A stretch of 64,000 bases of DNA from positions 350 through 64,349 of the forward strand of contig CALXAR010000001.1 in NCBI GenBank assembly GCA_944386345.1, read 5' to 3'. The DNA comes from an uncultured Clostridia bacterium. GTDB lineage: Bacteria > Bacillota > Clostridia > TANB77 > CAG-465. The notes beneath the pieces are model-generated. The model was not told the DNA's origin. It made no database searches and saw only the letters and a list, made by a program, of their open reading frames with translations. Of the stretch, positions 9,482 through 18,983 are shown piece by piece. How positions within the stretch are numbered: position 1 is the stretch's first letter; the number at the start of each line of letters is the position of its first letter. Both the position numbers and the translations under genes were made by a program.

Positions 9482-10234
9482 CTAGCCTTGCTCTTCAATA
9501 TATTTTTTTAGTACGTCATCAGTAGGTCCATCCATTACAATTTCGCCTTTTCTTATCCACAATGCTCTATCACAAAAACTTTTTATTTGTGTTGTATTAT
9601 GTGATACAAAAACCATTGTTTTTCCCTCAGCTTTTAGCTCCTTCATCTTGTCTAAACATTTAGCCTGGAAATGTGCATCTCCAACCGCTAAAATTTCATC
9701 TATTAGCAAAATATCAGCTTGTACATTAACTGCAATTGAGAATGCAAGTCTCATGTACATTCCTGAAGAATATGTTCTAACTGGTGACTCTATAAAATCA
9801 CCAAGCTCAGAAAATTCTATTATTTTATCTATAATTGGATCTACATCCTTCTTTCCTAGCCCATACATTGAAGCATTAAAATAAATATTTTCTCTACCAG
9901 TAAAATCAGTATTAAATCCAGCTCCAAGCTCTATCATACTAGATACTTTACCATTTATCTCAATAGTACCTTTTTGTGGGTATATAATTTTATTTAAAAG
10001 TTTTAATAATGTAGATTTCCCACATCCGTTAACACCAATTAATGCAACAGACTCTCCTTTTTTTATATCAACAGATATATCTTTTAAAACAACATGTTTT
10101 CTTTTTTTGTTTCTTCCTAGATGTCCAATTTTTTCTTTTAAAAAATACGATTTATCTTCATATACAGTAAACTCTTTTGTAACATTCTTTACAGAGATTG
10201 CTACATCATTTTTATTTTTTGTCTTCTTAGCCAT
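9482..10234 (-). CDS. tagH: Teichoic-acid/polysaccharide export ABC transporter ATP-binding protein (TagH/Wzt-like, short form)
   Basis: 250 aa. Walker A GVNGCGKST, signature YSSGMYMRLAFS, Walker B ILLIDEILAVGD, H-loop VSHN. Confidence 0.85.
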   Translation of the reverse strand: MAKKTKNKNDVAISVKNVTKEFTVYEDKSYFLKEKIGHLGRNKKRKHVVLKDISVDIKKGESVALIGVNGCGKSTLLKLLNKIIYPQKGTIEINGKVSSMIELGAGFNTDFTGRENIYFNASMYGLGKKDVDPIIDKIIEFSELGDFIESPVRTYSSGMYMRLAFSIAVNVQADILLIDEILAVGDAHFQAKCLDKMKELKAEGKTMVFVSHNTTQIKSFCDRALWIRKGEIVMDGPTDDVLKKYIEEQG

Positions 10235-10236
10235 TA

Positions 10237-11019
10237 CTAAACCTCCTCTGCAAAACGTTTTTGTAGTTTATTAAATATTAGATATCCTATAACACATATA
10301 CCTAGTGATACTAAAAATGTTATTCCTAATGAGCTAAAATCTGGCATTGTTTTATTATATAAAATATCTTGATATCCTTGAAGAATAACTGTCATTGGAT
10401 TTAACTTATATAATGAAAGCCATTTTTCTGGAACCATTTGTATACTATACAATATTGGTGAAGCGTACATCCATATCATCATAATTGGATTCATCATATA
10501 TTGTACATCTCTTACATACACATTTACTGCAGATAACATTAGTATTAGTCCAAATGCAAAGGTTATTTGTACCAAAATAATTAATGGTAACCATAATGCA
10601 TTAAATGATAGACCTATACCAGAAATTAATATTGCAATAATAGTAATTACTAAGCTAAAACAATACTGAATAGTATTACTAATTATTACAGAAAGCGGTA
10701 AAACTTCTCTTGGAAAGTATACCTTTTTTATTATACTTGCATTATTTGAAACACAAGTTGTTCCTCCTCCTATCATACTATTAAATGCATTCCAAGGCAT
10801 TAAACTAACAAACAAATAGATAGGATAATACTCTATATTAGATCTAAATACAAATTGAAAAACAATTGAATATATAAGTAACATAAATAAAGGATTTAAT
10901 AATGTCCATAAAAATCCAAATATTGAGCCTTTATATCTTCCTTGTAAATCTTGTTTTACTAAAGTAAATAACATATGTCTATACTTATAAATTTCTTTAA
11001 TTTTGTTTATAAAACTCAT
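10237..11019 (-). CDS. tagG: ABC-2 type polysaccharide/teichoic acid export permease (TagG/Wzm-like)
   Basis: 260 aa, 6 predicted TM helices. Translationally coupled to the tagH-like gene (2-nt gap). N-terminal YRHMLFTLVKQDLQGRYKGS is typical of ABC-2 permeases. Confidence 0.8.
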   Translation of the reverse strand: MSFINKIKEIYKYRHMLFTLVKQDLQGRYKGSIFGFLWTLLNPLFMLLIYSIVFQFVFRSNIEYYPIYLFVSLMPWNAFNSMIGGGTTCVSNNASIIKKVYFPREVLPLSVIISNTIQYCFSLVITIIAILISGIGLSFNALWLPLIILVQITFAFGLILMLSAVNVYVRDVQYMMNPIMMIWMYASPILYSIQMVPEKWLSLYKLNPMTVILQGYQDILYNKTMPDFSSLGITFLVSLGICVIGYLIFNKLQKRFAEEV

Positions 11020-11089
11020 TATATTCTCCCTTTCTTTTTTATTATAAATACATTCTTATAGTCTTATCTGCACTAAAATATTCGTGTTC

Positions 11090-11098
11090 ATTATATCA
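11090..11098 (-). promoter_or_regulatory. Candidate extended -10 promoter element (TGATATAAT) for the tagG-tagH-GT operon
   Basis: Minus-strand reading TGATATAAT matches TGnTATAAT, about 70 nt upstream of the tagG ATG in a 143-bp intergenic gap. Confidence 0.3.
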
Positions 11099-11162
11099 TA
11101 TTATTGTATATATTTAAAGGTATTTTTGTGAAAAAGATATGTTATAAAAGTCTTTAATTATA

Positions 11163-11582
11163 CTATCTAGCAAGTAACTTTTCTCTTAAAACAGTAGAAG
11201 AAGTTCCTCTTGTATATGGAAAATACACTATGTCTACATTGTATTTTTTTAACTCAACTTCCATTTTATTATAAAAGTCTGATCCTTTCCAATCATCGCC
11301 CATAAAAATAGCATTTATATTATGCTCAGTACATACCTTTACTTTGTCTCTATCATGCATTTCAATAACTTCGTCTACGCAACGTAAAGCCTTAATTATT
11401 CTCATTCTTTCATCACATGGAATTATTGTTTTCTTATTTTTATATTCTTCGACTAGCTTGTCTGAATTGACTCCAACAATTAAATAATCACAATTTTCTT
11501 TTGCTCTTTCTAATATATTCAAATGTCCAACATGAAACATATCAAACACTCCTTGAACAAATCCTATCTTATATTTTTTCAT
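11163..11582 (-). CDS. tagD: Glycerol-3-phosphate cytidylyltransferase (CDP-glycerol synthesis)
   Basis: MKKYKIGFVQGVFDMFHVGHLNILERAK... HxGH nucleotidyltransferase motif and the RGTSSTVLREKL tail match TagD/TarD. Start refined to ATG 11582 with AGGAGGAG RBS; the ORF-track TTG start at 11609 would add 9 aa. Confidence 0.85.
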   Translation of the reverse strand: MKKYKIGFVQGVFDMFHVGHLNILERAKENCDYLIVGVNSDKLVEEYKNKKTIIPCDERMRIIKALRCVDEVIEMHDRDKVKVCTEHNINAIFMGDDWKGSDFYNKMEVELKKYNVDIVYFPYTRGTSSTVLREKLLAR

Positions 11583-11657
11583 AAGCCACTCCTCCTGTTT
11601 TTTTGTCAAACTAGCTACACACTAATAGTACAATATTAATTAGAAAAATTCAACTAA

Positions 11658-11697
11658 AATATAAAAAATATGAGTGCTTTTTTAAAGCAACTCATAT
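11658..11697 (-). terminator. Rho-independent terminator after the phosphohexomutase gene
   Basis: Stem atatgagtgc / gcaactcatat with one bulge, followed on the minus strand by a T-run. Confidence 0.5.
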
Positions 11698-11703
11698 TAT
11701 ATT

Positions 11704-13083
11704 TTAAATTAAAGCCATAAATTCTTTTTGTATAGCCTCTTTATCCTCAGGAGTCACTCCTTCAAACCTTGCTGTTATATTTGGACCTGTATTAGAAGCT
11801 CTAACTAAAGCCCAACCATTAGTAAATTCAGCTCTTACACCATCTATATCGTTTACTGTATAGCCTTTTTGTTTACAATACTCTTTTACTTTTTCTATTA
11901 CTTTAAATTTCTCTTCATCAGTTGATTTAATTATAATTTCAGGACTAGAATAATATCTTTTTACTCCATCTAAAAGCTCTGAAACAGTTTTATCAGTCTT
12001 AGATAATATCTCAACAAGCCTTAATCCGGCATATAGTCCATCATCAATATTATCCCATTTATCTCTAAAAAATACATGTCCAGATAGTTCAGAGCCAAAA
12101 GCAAAGTCTCCTTCTCTCATTTTTGCTTTCATATATGAATTACCAGTCCTATAGCATACAGGAATTCCTCCAAGTTTTACTATCTCATCTGATAGAGCTT
12201 TTGTGCATTTTACATCAAATAAAGCATGTTTGTTTTTTACTTTACTCATAATATCTCTCCAGATAATAATAGCATAAAAATCTATGTATACCATATTTCC
12301 TTTCTCATCTATAATTCCTACTCTGTCACCATCTCCATCAATTCCAACACCTAAGTCTGCTCCTGTCTCTATCACCTTTTTCTTTAAGTCTGCATTATTT
12401 GCTTCTACACTTGGATCTGGGTGATGATTTGGAAACTCTGGATTAGATTCCATATATAAAGGAATCAGCTCAACACCATCAAACATTTCATAAACTTCTC
12501 TAGCAATAATAGATGCTGTCCCGTTTGCAGTATCAACTACAACCTTTACTTTTCTATTTCCAAGATTAATTGATGCTTTTATTGCATCTAGGTATTCTTG
12601 CTTTATATCGTAAGTACTTACTTTTCCTTCACCAGATTTAAAATTTCCTTCTTCTGTATAAACTCTAAAGTCTTGAATCATCTGACCGCAAGCATTTCCA
12701 AAATCATCAAAAGCTATTTTAAATCCATTGTATTCTTTAGGATTGTGTGATGCAGTAATCATCACGCCCGGATCAATTTCCAATTTTTTTTGCGCATAAT
12801 AGTACATAGGAGTTGTACAAAGTCCTAAATAAACAACATTTACACCTGTACTTGTAATACCTTCAAGTAGTGCATCTGCTAGTGGCTCTGAAGAAACTCT
12901 ATTATCATGTCCTACTATACATTTTTCATATCCTTTCTCCCTAATATATGAACCAAAAGATAATCCAATTGTATATGCTATATCTTCATTTAAATCTTTA
13001 CCATATATAGCTCTAATATCATATCCTCTAAATATATTTGGGTTTATATTTTTGTAAATATTATATTTGCTCATATTTATCAC
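11704..13083 (-). CDS. Phosphomannomutase/phosphoglucomutase (alpha-D-phosphohexomutase)
   Basis: 459 aa. Active-site loop TASHNPKEYNGFK, N-terminal FRGYDIRA, metal-binding DGDGDR. Confidence 0.85.
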   Translation of the reverse strand: MINMSKYNIYKNINPNIFRGYDIRAIYGKDLNEDIAYTIGLSFGSYIREKGYEKCIVGHDNRVSSEPLADALLEGITSTGVNVVYLGLCTTPMYYYAQKKLEIDPGVMITASHNPKEYNGFKIAFDDFGNACGQMIQDFRVYTEEGNFKSGEGKVSTYDIKQEYLDAIKASINLGNRKVKVVVDTANGTASIIAREVYEMFDGVELIPLYMESNPEFPNHHPDPSVEANNADLKKKVIETGADLGVGIDGDGDRVGIIDEKGNMVYIDFYAIIIWRDIMSKVKNKHALFDVKCTKALSDEIVKLGGIPVCYRTGNSYMKAKMREGDFAFGSELSGHVFFRDKWDNIDDGLYAGLRLVEILSKTDKTVSELLDGVKRYYSSPEIIIKSTDEEKFKVIEKVKEYCKQKGYTVNDIDGVRAEFTNGWALVRASNTGPNITARFEGVTPEDKEAIQKEFMALI

Positions 13084-13146
13084 CCCACAACATTATATCA
13101 TAGTACTAAATTTTTGAAAAGTACTTAAAAATTAATTTTTTTAGTA

Positions 13147-13950
13147 TTAAATATTTAATAAAAAATCTTTGAAAAACTTAAATGATTTCACAAAATCTAT
13201 TATTTTTTCTTCCATCTTTTTTCCATTTAAATATTTAATAGAATACTCTAATACTATAGGGCCATTATAATTTATTTTTTTTAAGTTATTAAGAGCCGTA
13301 TTAAGCTCAAATAATACTTTAGTATCTTTTACTATCATGTGATGATCCTCACCATTGTCTACACTATGGATATGAACATTATTTATTCTACTTATTTGTA
13401 ATTTAGTTAAATTAGAAGGTTTTTTATTATCAAATATATCATGACCAATATCGTACGTAAAATACAAATTTTTTTCTTTTTTTAAAATTTCATCTATCTT
13501 TGAAACATTAATTCTTTTTATATTATTCTTAAAATTTAAATTTTCAATAGAAATATATACATTCAATTTATATTTTTCTACAAAACCTAATATTTTTTCT
13601 ATATATTCTTTAGTATCATCTAACATTTCTTCTATTGTATCTTGATAAGAAAGACTATGAAATACTATATTTATTTTATATCTTAGCCTTTTAGATAAAT
13701 TATCTACAGCATTTAAATATTTCTTTGTTTCATTTTCACTCATTGCCTCTAAAGGAAAATGGCATCTAAAAAGCATCTTATTCTTTTTACATAACATTGC
13801 ACATTTTTCTAAATATTCAAGATTTTTGGTATTAATTTCTATTCCACCTATACATTTATTTCCATATAAATTAATTATATCAAAAACAGTCTCTAACTCT
13901 AGATTACCTATTGCCTTTTCATATAAAGAAAAAATCAATTTATTATCCAT
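13147..13950 (-). CDS. Xylose-isomerase-like TIM-barrel protein (sugar-phosphate isomerase/epimerase or AP-endonuclease-2 superfamily)
   Basis: 267 aa. Spaced motifs NIVFHSL / ISIENL / TYDIGHD / HIHSVDNGEDHH are typical of the metal-binding TIM-barrel family. Paralog of ORF 57833-58669. Confidence 0.4.
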   Translation of the reverse strand: MDNKLIFSLYEKAIGNLELETVFDIINLYGNKCIGGIEINTKNLEYLEKCAMLCKKNKMLFRCHFPLEAMSENETKKYLNAVDNLSKRLRYKINIVFHSLSYQDTIEEMLDDTKEYIEKILGFVEKYKLNVYISIENLNFKNNIKRINVSKIDEILKKEKNLYFTYDIGHDIFDNKKPSNLTKLQISRINNVHIHSVDNGEDHHMIVKDTKVLFELNTALNNLKKINYNGPIVLEYSIKYLNGKKMEEKIIDFVKSFKFFKDFLLNI

Positions 13951-14045
13951 ATATCCCCCTCATTTACTCTATTTTATTATATCATATTAAGTAACATTAT
14001 TTAAGAAATATATTTTTAAAAAAAGGACTAACAAATTGCTAGCCC

Positions 14046-16160
14046 TTAAAACTCTATTCTGTTTTGTACAATTTCTTGAGTTTTTTCTTTTTGTGCATCA
14101 TTAGTATATATATCAAAATACTCGTTTGTTATCTCTTTTACCATAGGAGCTAGATAGTATCCCTCTGAGCCATGCTCTACTATTGCAACAACAGCAATTT
14201 TAGGATTATCATATGGCGCAAAGCCAACAAATATTGCATTGTTTGCTCCATCTGATACCTGTGCTGTACCAGTTTTTCCTGCTACCTCTACTTTGCTATC
14301 TGCAAAAATATCTGCAGCTGTACCACCAGTCTCAGTTGTAACGGCATACATTCCCTCTTTTATGGCATCAATATAACTAGAATTTATTTCTAATTCATTT
14401 GTATTAAAATCAACACCAGTAAACTCCTTAGAATACTCAGCCACATCACTTAAAGACACAAATGATATGTCACTACCTACGCTCTTTATTAATGATACTT
14501 TATTAAGTGTTCCTCCATTTGCAATTGTAGATATATAATTTGCAAGCTGAATTGGTGTAAATAAATTTGTTGATTGACCAATTGAGGCAGATAAAGTATC
14601 TCCTAAAGACCATCCCTCTGCTCCATCTCCGGCTATATTTCCTTCAGCTTCTCCTGATAGTTCAATTCCTGTCTTTTGGCCAAGTCCAAAATTTTTTGCC
14701 CATTCTACAATTGTAGATATACCTATTCTTCTTCCCACTTCATAGAAATAACAGTTACAAGAGCCTTTAAGCGCACCAGTTAAATTAATTGTTCCATGTG
14801 TTGTATTATGAGCTGTATATATCCAGCATTTAGGATTATATGAATAAGGATAAATTCCAGGATCTGTATATTCTTCATCAACTGTTATTTGCCCTGACTC
14901 AAGTCCTGCAATTCCCATAAGCATCTTAAATGTAGATCCAGGAGAATATGTTCCTGAAATTGCTCTATTAAACATTGGATTTTGCTCATCTTCAATTAAT
15001 TGTTGCCATTGCTGTGTAGTAATACCATCTGCAAAGTTATTTATATTATATGTAGGATAACTTGCCATAGCTAACACTTCTCCTGTTTCAACATCTAATA
15101 CTACACAGCTTCCAGCTTTTGCTTCAGGAATAGGTTCGCTACTTAATGTTCCATTTTGAAGACCTTCTAAAGTAGATTTTAGTGCATTTTCAACTACTTG
15201 TTGAATTCTATAATCAATAGTTAAGGTTACATTATTACCAGAAACAGCTTCTTGTGTAATAACTTCAGATGTTACATTTCCAAGCGAGTCAGTAACAACT
15301 TTTTTTATTCCATCAGTGCCTTTTAAATATGGCTCCATAGATTCTTCAATACCAGATTTTCCAATAACGCTATTGATTGTATACCCTTTATCTTTTAAGC
15401 TCTCATATTCTGTATTACTAATATTACTTACATAACCTAATATGTGACATGCAAAGTCGTCTGAAACATAGTATCTTTTAGGTACGGCAACAATATTAAT
15501 ACCATATAGTTTACTCTTTAATTCTTCAATTTGAGCAACAGAATTCTTAGAAATATTTTTAGCTATAACTGCGCTGTTAAACAGCGAATATCCATTATAG
15601 TTAGCTTCATACTTTACTTTTATTATTTTTATTTTATCTTCATAACTATAATCTTCTACAGCATAAAGCTCAGAATAATAATTTATTACATCTTCAAATG
15701 AAGCATCACTACTTAAGTCAAGATTTTCTAAGAAATTTATTCTTGCCTCATTATCTTCTAAATACTCATCTGAAAAATTATCTAAATTATCATTTATTGG
15801 AAATGTCGAATAAACCGTATCGCCATTGCTCTCTAATATATCAACTAAATACTTTATAGCATCATTTGTTAGTTCTGTTCCGACTTTTGTTCTATATATC
15901 TCAACATTATATGTAAGTTCATTTGTAGCTAATAATACACCATTTCTATCATATATCTCACCACGAGATGCAGAAATAGTCTCTGTTCTTACAATTTTAT
16001 TTTCGGCTTGTTCTCTATAAGACGCACCATTTATTATCTGTATATTAAATAATTGAATAATAAATATAATTGCAATTAATATTAAAAAAATAGAAAGCAC
16101 AAGTTCTCTATTTTCTAATATATCAAATAACTTCTTAAATTTTGATTTAAAAAACTCCAA
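14046..16160 (-). CDS. mrdA: Penicillin-binding protein 2 (class B transpeptidase, elongasome)
   Basis: 704 aa. N-terminal TM anchor, then SxxK (STFK), SxN (SCN) and KTG motifs. Immediately downstream of mreBCD. Confidence 0.85.
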   Translation of the reverse strand: MEFFKSKFKKLFDILENRELVLSIFLILIAIIFIIQLFNIQIINGASYREQAENKIVRTETISASRGEIYDRNGVLLATNELTYNVEIYRTKVGTELTNDAIKYLVDILESNGDTVYSTFPINDNLDNFSDEYLEDNEARINFLENLDLSSDASFEDVINYYSELYAVEDYSYEDKIKIIKVKYEANYNGYSLFNSAVIAKNISKNSVAQIEELKSKLYGINIVAVPKRYYVSDDFACHILGYVSNISNTEYESLKDKGYTINSVIGKSGIEESMEPYLKGTDGIKKVVTDSLGNVTSEVITQEAVSGNNVTLTIDYRIQQVVENALKSTLEGLQNGTLSSEPIPEAKAGSCVVLDVETGEVLAMASYPTYNINNFADGITTQQWQQLIEDEQNPMFNRAISGTYSPGSTFKMLMGIAGLESGQITVDEEYTDPGIYPYSYNPKCWIYTAHNTTHGTINLTGALKGSCNCYFYEVGRRIGISTIVEWAKNFGLGQKTGIELSGEAEGNIAGDGAEGWSLGDTLSASIGQSTNLFTPIQLANYISTIANGGTLNKVSLIKSVGSDISFVSLSDVAEYSKEFTGVDFNTNELEINSSYIDAIKEGMYAVTTETGGTAADIFADSKVEVAGKTGTAQVSDGANNAIFVGFAPYDNPKIAVVAIVEHGSEGYYLAPMVKEITNEYFDIYTNDAQKEKTQEIVQNRIEF

Positions 16161-16181
16161 ACTTGCACCTCCTACTTAAAA

Positions 16182-16709
16182 TTACCAATATATTCTATTT
16201 TGCTTTTTATCAATATGCTCTATTATTTTTCCAAATATAAAGCGAATTATAAATACTAGTACAACATTTAAAAGAATACTTAATATTACCTGTTTTAAAA
16301 AGAAGAAAAAACTTACGTAACTAGATAGTATTATCATGCTTTGAAAATACTGAACAGTTTCAAATAGAGCAACACTTAATGTTGTAAGAATTATTATCGA
16401 AAAATAATTCTCTTTCATGTAGTCTTCATTTATAAATCCAAGTAGCATTCCTATTGCGGTATAGGAAATAGTAAACATACCTGATCCGCCAAACATTAAA
16501 TCTATTATAAGACCTAAAAAGAATGAATATATTGTACATGAATATATGCTAGTATATAGACTAACTACTATTATAGATATCAGTAGCATATTAGGCTTTA
16601 CGCCAAAAAGACTCATATTATTAAAGATAAATAGTTGAATAGATAGCGAAATAATAAATAATAAAATTGTTACTATTATTTTTAATACTCTTTGCATATT
16701 ATTTTTCAC
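16182..16709 (-). CDS. mreD: Rod shape-determining protein MreD
   Basis: 175-aa polytopic membrane protein directly after mreC. Confidence 0.7.
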   Translation of the reverse strand: MKNNMQRVLKIIVTILLFIISLSIQLFIFNNMSLFGVKPNMLLISIIVVSLYTSIYSCTIYSFFLGLIIDLMFGGSGMFTISYTAIGMLLGFINEDYMKENYFSIIILTTLSVALFETVQYFQSMIILSSYVSFFFFLKQVILSILLNVVLVFIIRFIFGKIIEHIDKKQNRIYW

Positions 16710-17546
16710 CTAATTTACAATTACTGCTACTTCAGATATTTTACCTATATCAACGCAAGGCTCAACTAAAGCATACCTATTTACATCATTTTTATTATTT
16801 ACAATTTCTACTATTCTACCAACAGGAATAGAGCTTGGATATTTTAAGCCTATTCCTGATGTATATAACATATCTGATACTGATATCTCTGTATCAAGTG
16901 GAATATAAGTTAATTTTAATCTATTTTGCTCCTTAAGCTCTAAATCTCCATTTACAACTGCAGGCTCATTTATAGTACTAATATTTACACTTACAGAAGA
17001 TGAAGCATCTAATATTGTAGTAACAACTGCTGTTGTCTCTGTTACATCAGATACATATCCTACTAACCCCTCTTCATGAACCACAGTCTGATCTAATTTT
17101 ATACCATCATTAGAGCCAACATCAATTGTAAATGTCTGCGTCCAATTATCATGTTCTCTATATATTATATTTGCCATAACGGTCTCATAATGTTGATATT
17201 CTTTTTGAATATTAAGCATTTCCTTTAGAGTAGTATTTTCATCTAGTATTTTTTGAGATTCAAATACTTGCATTTTTAATTCTTCATTTTCTTTCTTTAA
17301 TTCTTCATTTTGAGCTTGTAATTCTTCTACATCAGAACTATCAGAATTAAATATATTATTAATACCATTATATACAAAATTTATTGGCTTAGAAATAACA
17401 GAAGCTACTTTAGATACAATCTCGTTATTACTATTTCTAAAGAAAAATGCAACAAACATTATAACAAATATTAAAAATATAACTATAAATATTATTTTTT
17501 TCTTCCTTTTTTGACTATTATTTGAAAAATCTATACCATAATCCAT
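16710..17546 (-). CDS. mreC: Rod shape-determining protein MreC
   Basis: 278 aa. N-terminal TM, coiled coil (LQAQNEELKKENEELKMQ), beta-rich C-terminal domain. Confidence 0.8.
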   Translation of the reverse strand: MDYGIDFSNNSQKRKKKIIFIVIFLIFVIMFVAFFFRNSNNEIVSKVASVISKPINFVYNGINNIFNSDSSDVEELQAQNEELKKENEELKMQVFESQKILDENTTLKEMLNIQKEYQHYETVMANIIYREHDNWTQTFTIDVGSNDGIKLDQTVVHEEGLVGYVSDVTETTAVVTTILDASSSVSVNISTINEPAVVNGDLELKEQNRLKLTYIPLDTEISVSDMLYTSGIGLKYPSSIPVGRIVEIVNNKNDVNRYALVEPCVDIGKISEVAVIVN

Positions 17547-17618
17547 TTAATCTGTCCTTTTTTATATAACTTTTAATATTATTATTTCCTCTAAAATAAG
17601 TATTAAACTATATATTTT

Positions 17619-18641
17619 TTAAACTCCTCTTCCCTTAGAAGATTTTCTTAGTACTTCTATATTTTCAAGAGCACTTGAGACTCCTCTTGCAACACATTCT
17701 GTAGGAGACTCTGCAATAAAAACAGGAATACCTGTCTGCTCATTTATATACCTATCTATATTTTTAAGTAATGCACCCCCACCACATAGTACAATTCCTT
17801 TACTCATAACATCTGATGAAAGCTCTGGTGGTGTCTTTTCTAATGTTGACTTTATTGCCTTTAAAATTATTTCTAATGAATCTTTCATAGCTTCGTTTAT
17901 ATCAAGAGTTGTTACAGTAACTGTCTCTGGTAAACCATTAGAAAGATTTCTTCCTTTAATGCTCATTCTTTCTTCTGTCATTGCAGAACTAGCACTTCCT
18001 ATCTGTTTTTTTATCTCTTCTGCTTCAGTTTCACCAATTAGCACATTAAATTTTGTTCTAATATATTCAACAATATCTTTATCTAGTTTGTCTCCTGCAA
18101 CCTTTACAGAGTTCTCAGTAACAATTCCACCTAGAGACATTACAGCCATCTCTGAAGTTCCTCCGCCTATATCAACAATCATACTTCCTTCTGGTCTTTC
18201 TATTTGAAGTCCAGCTCCAATTGCTGCTGCCATAACTTCCTCCATTAGATAAACTGCCTTTGCTCCAGCTTTATATCCAACACCTTCTACAGCTCTTTCT
18301 TCTACATCTGTTATTGAAGATGGTATTGTAATTACTATCTTTGGCTTATAAAAAAGGCTCTTTGGAACAACCCTATATACTAGATTTTGAATTAACATTC
18401 TTGTAGCTTCAAAATCCGCTATTATTCCGTCTTTTAAAGGTCTTACTGCCACAATACTATCTGGTGTCCTTCCAAGCATTTCTTTTGCTTGATTTCCAAC
18501 AGCAAGTATTTCACCTGTTATTTTATTAATTGCTACTACAGTTGGCTCAGATAAAACCAAACCTCTGCCTCTTAAACTAATTCTTGTATAAGATGTACCT
18601 AGGTCAATTCCTATTTCTCTTGACATTGATTTCATATTCAT
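17619..18641 (-). CDS. mreB: Rod shape-determining protein MreB (actin homolog)
   Basis: REIGIDLGTSYTRI phosphate-1 motif, DIGGGT, CGGGA. 340 aa; true start may be the internal MSREIG. Confidence 0.9.
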   Translation of the reverse strand: MNMKSMSREIGIDLGTSYTRISLRGRGLVLSEPTVVAINKITGEILAVGNQAKEMLGRTPDSIVAVRPLKDGIIADFEATRMLIQNLVYRVVPKSLFYKPKIVITIPSSITDVEERAVEGVGYKAGAKAVYLMEEVMAAAIGAGLQIERPEGSMIVDIGGGTSEMAVMSLGGIVTENSVKVAGDKLDKDIVEYIRTKFNVLIGETEAEEIKKQIGSASSAMTEERMSIKGRNLSNGLPETVTVTTLDINEAMKDSLEIILKAIKSTLEKTPPELSSDVMSKGIVLCGGGALLKNIDRYINEQTGIPVFIAESPTECVARGVSSALENIEVLRKSSKGRGV

Positions 18642-18653
18642 TCTCCTTTTTTG

Positions 18654-18911
18654 CTATATTTTTAACCAACTAGTAATCCATTTTGATAAAAGTGCGAATA
18701 TAACGAGTCCTATAACTCCTCCAATATTTATTCTACACCAAAATCCTAAAGTTAATTCAATTACACCTAAATCTAAAAGTAATGGATTTTCAAGTCCTAT
18801 ATTTCCACCAATTGATAACCAATTAAGTGCAGTTCCTGCCATTTGCTCTCCAACAATAACACCAACTATCATTCCTAAAGCACATAAAATTATTATTATT
18901 GCTTTTCTCAT
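18654..18911 (-). CDS. Small membrane protein (DUF4321-like) upstream of mreB
   Basis: 85 aa, two hydrophobic segments. Conserved position before mreB in Clostridia. Confidence 0.45.
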   Translation of the reverse strand: MRKAIIIILCALGMIVGVIVGEQMAGTALNWLSIGGNIGLENPLLLDLGVIELTLGFWCRINIGGVIGLVIFALLSKWITSWLKI

Positions 18912-18983
18912 ATATCTATCCCTCCAAACGTTAAACCTCTATCAGATTATATATCTTTTTTACTTTTTTTTCAAGATAATATG

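Noticed and set aside
11163-11609. ORF-track TTG start of tagD at 11609
   Set aside because: The ATG at 11582 is preceded by AGGAGGAG at ideal spacing and gives the canonical TagD N-terminus (MKKYKIGF...); the upstream extension has no RBS.
13951-14045. Terminator between PBP2 and TIM-barrel genes (aggactaacaaattgctagccct)
   Set aside because: No convincing complementary stem could be drawn; only the internal GCTAGC palindrome is present.
18912-18983. Inverted repeat atgctat/atagcat at the mtaB 3' end as a terminator
   Set aside because: It overlaps the mtaB stop and is not followed by a T-run on either strand. It is probably just the coding-end sequence.
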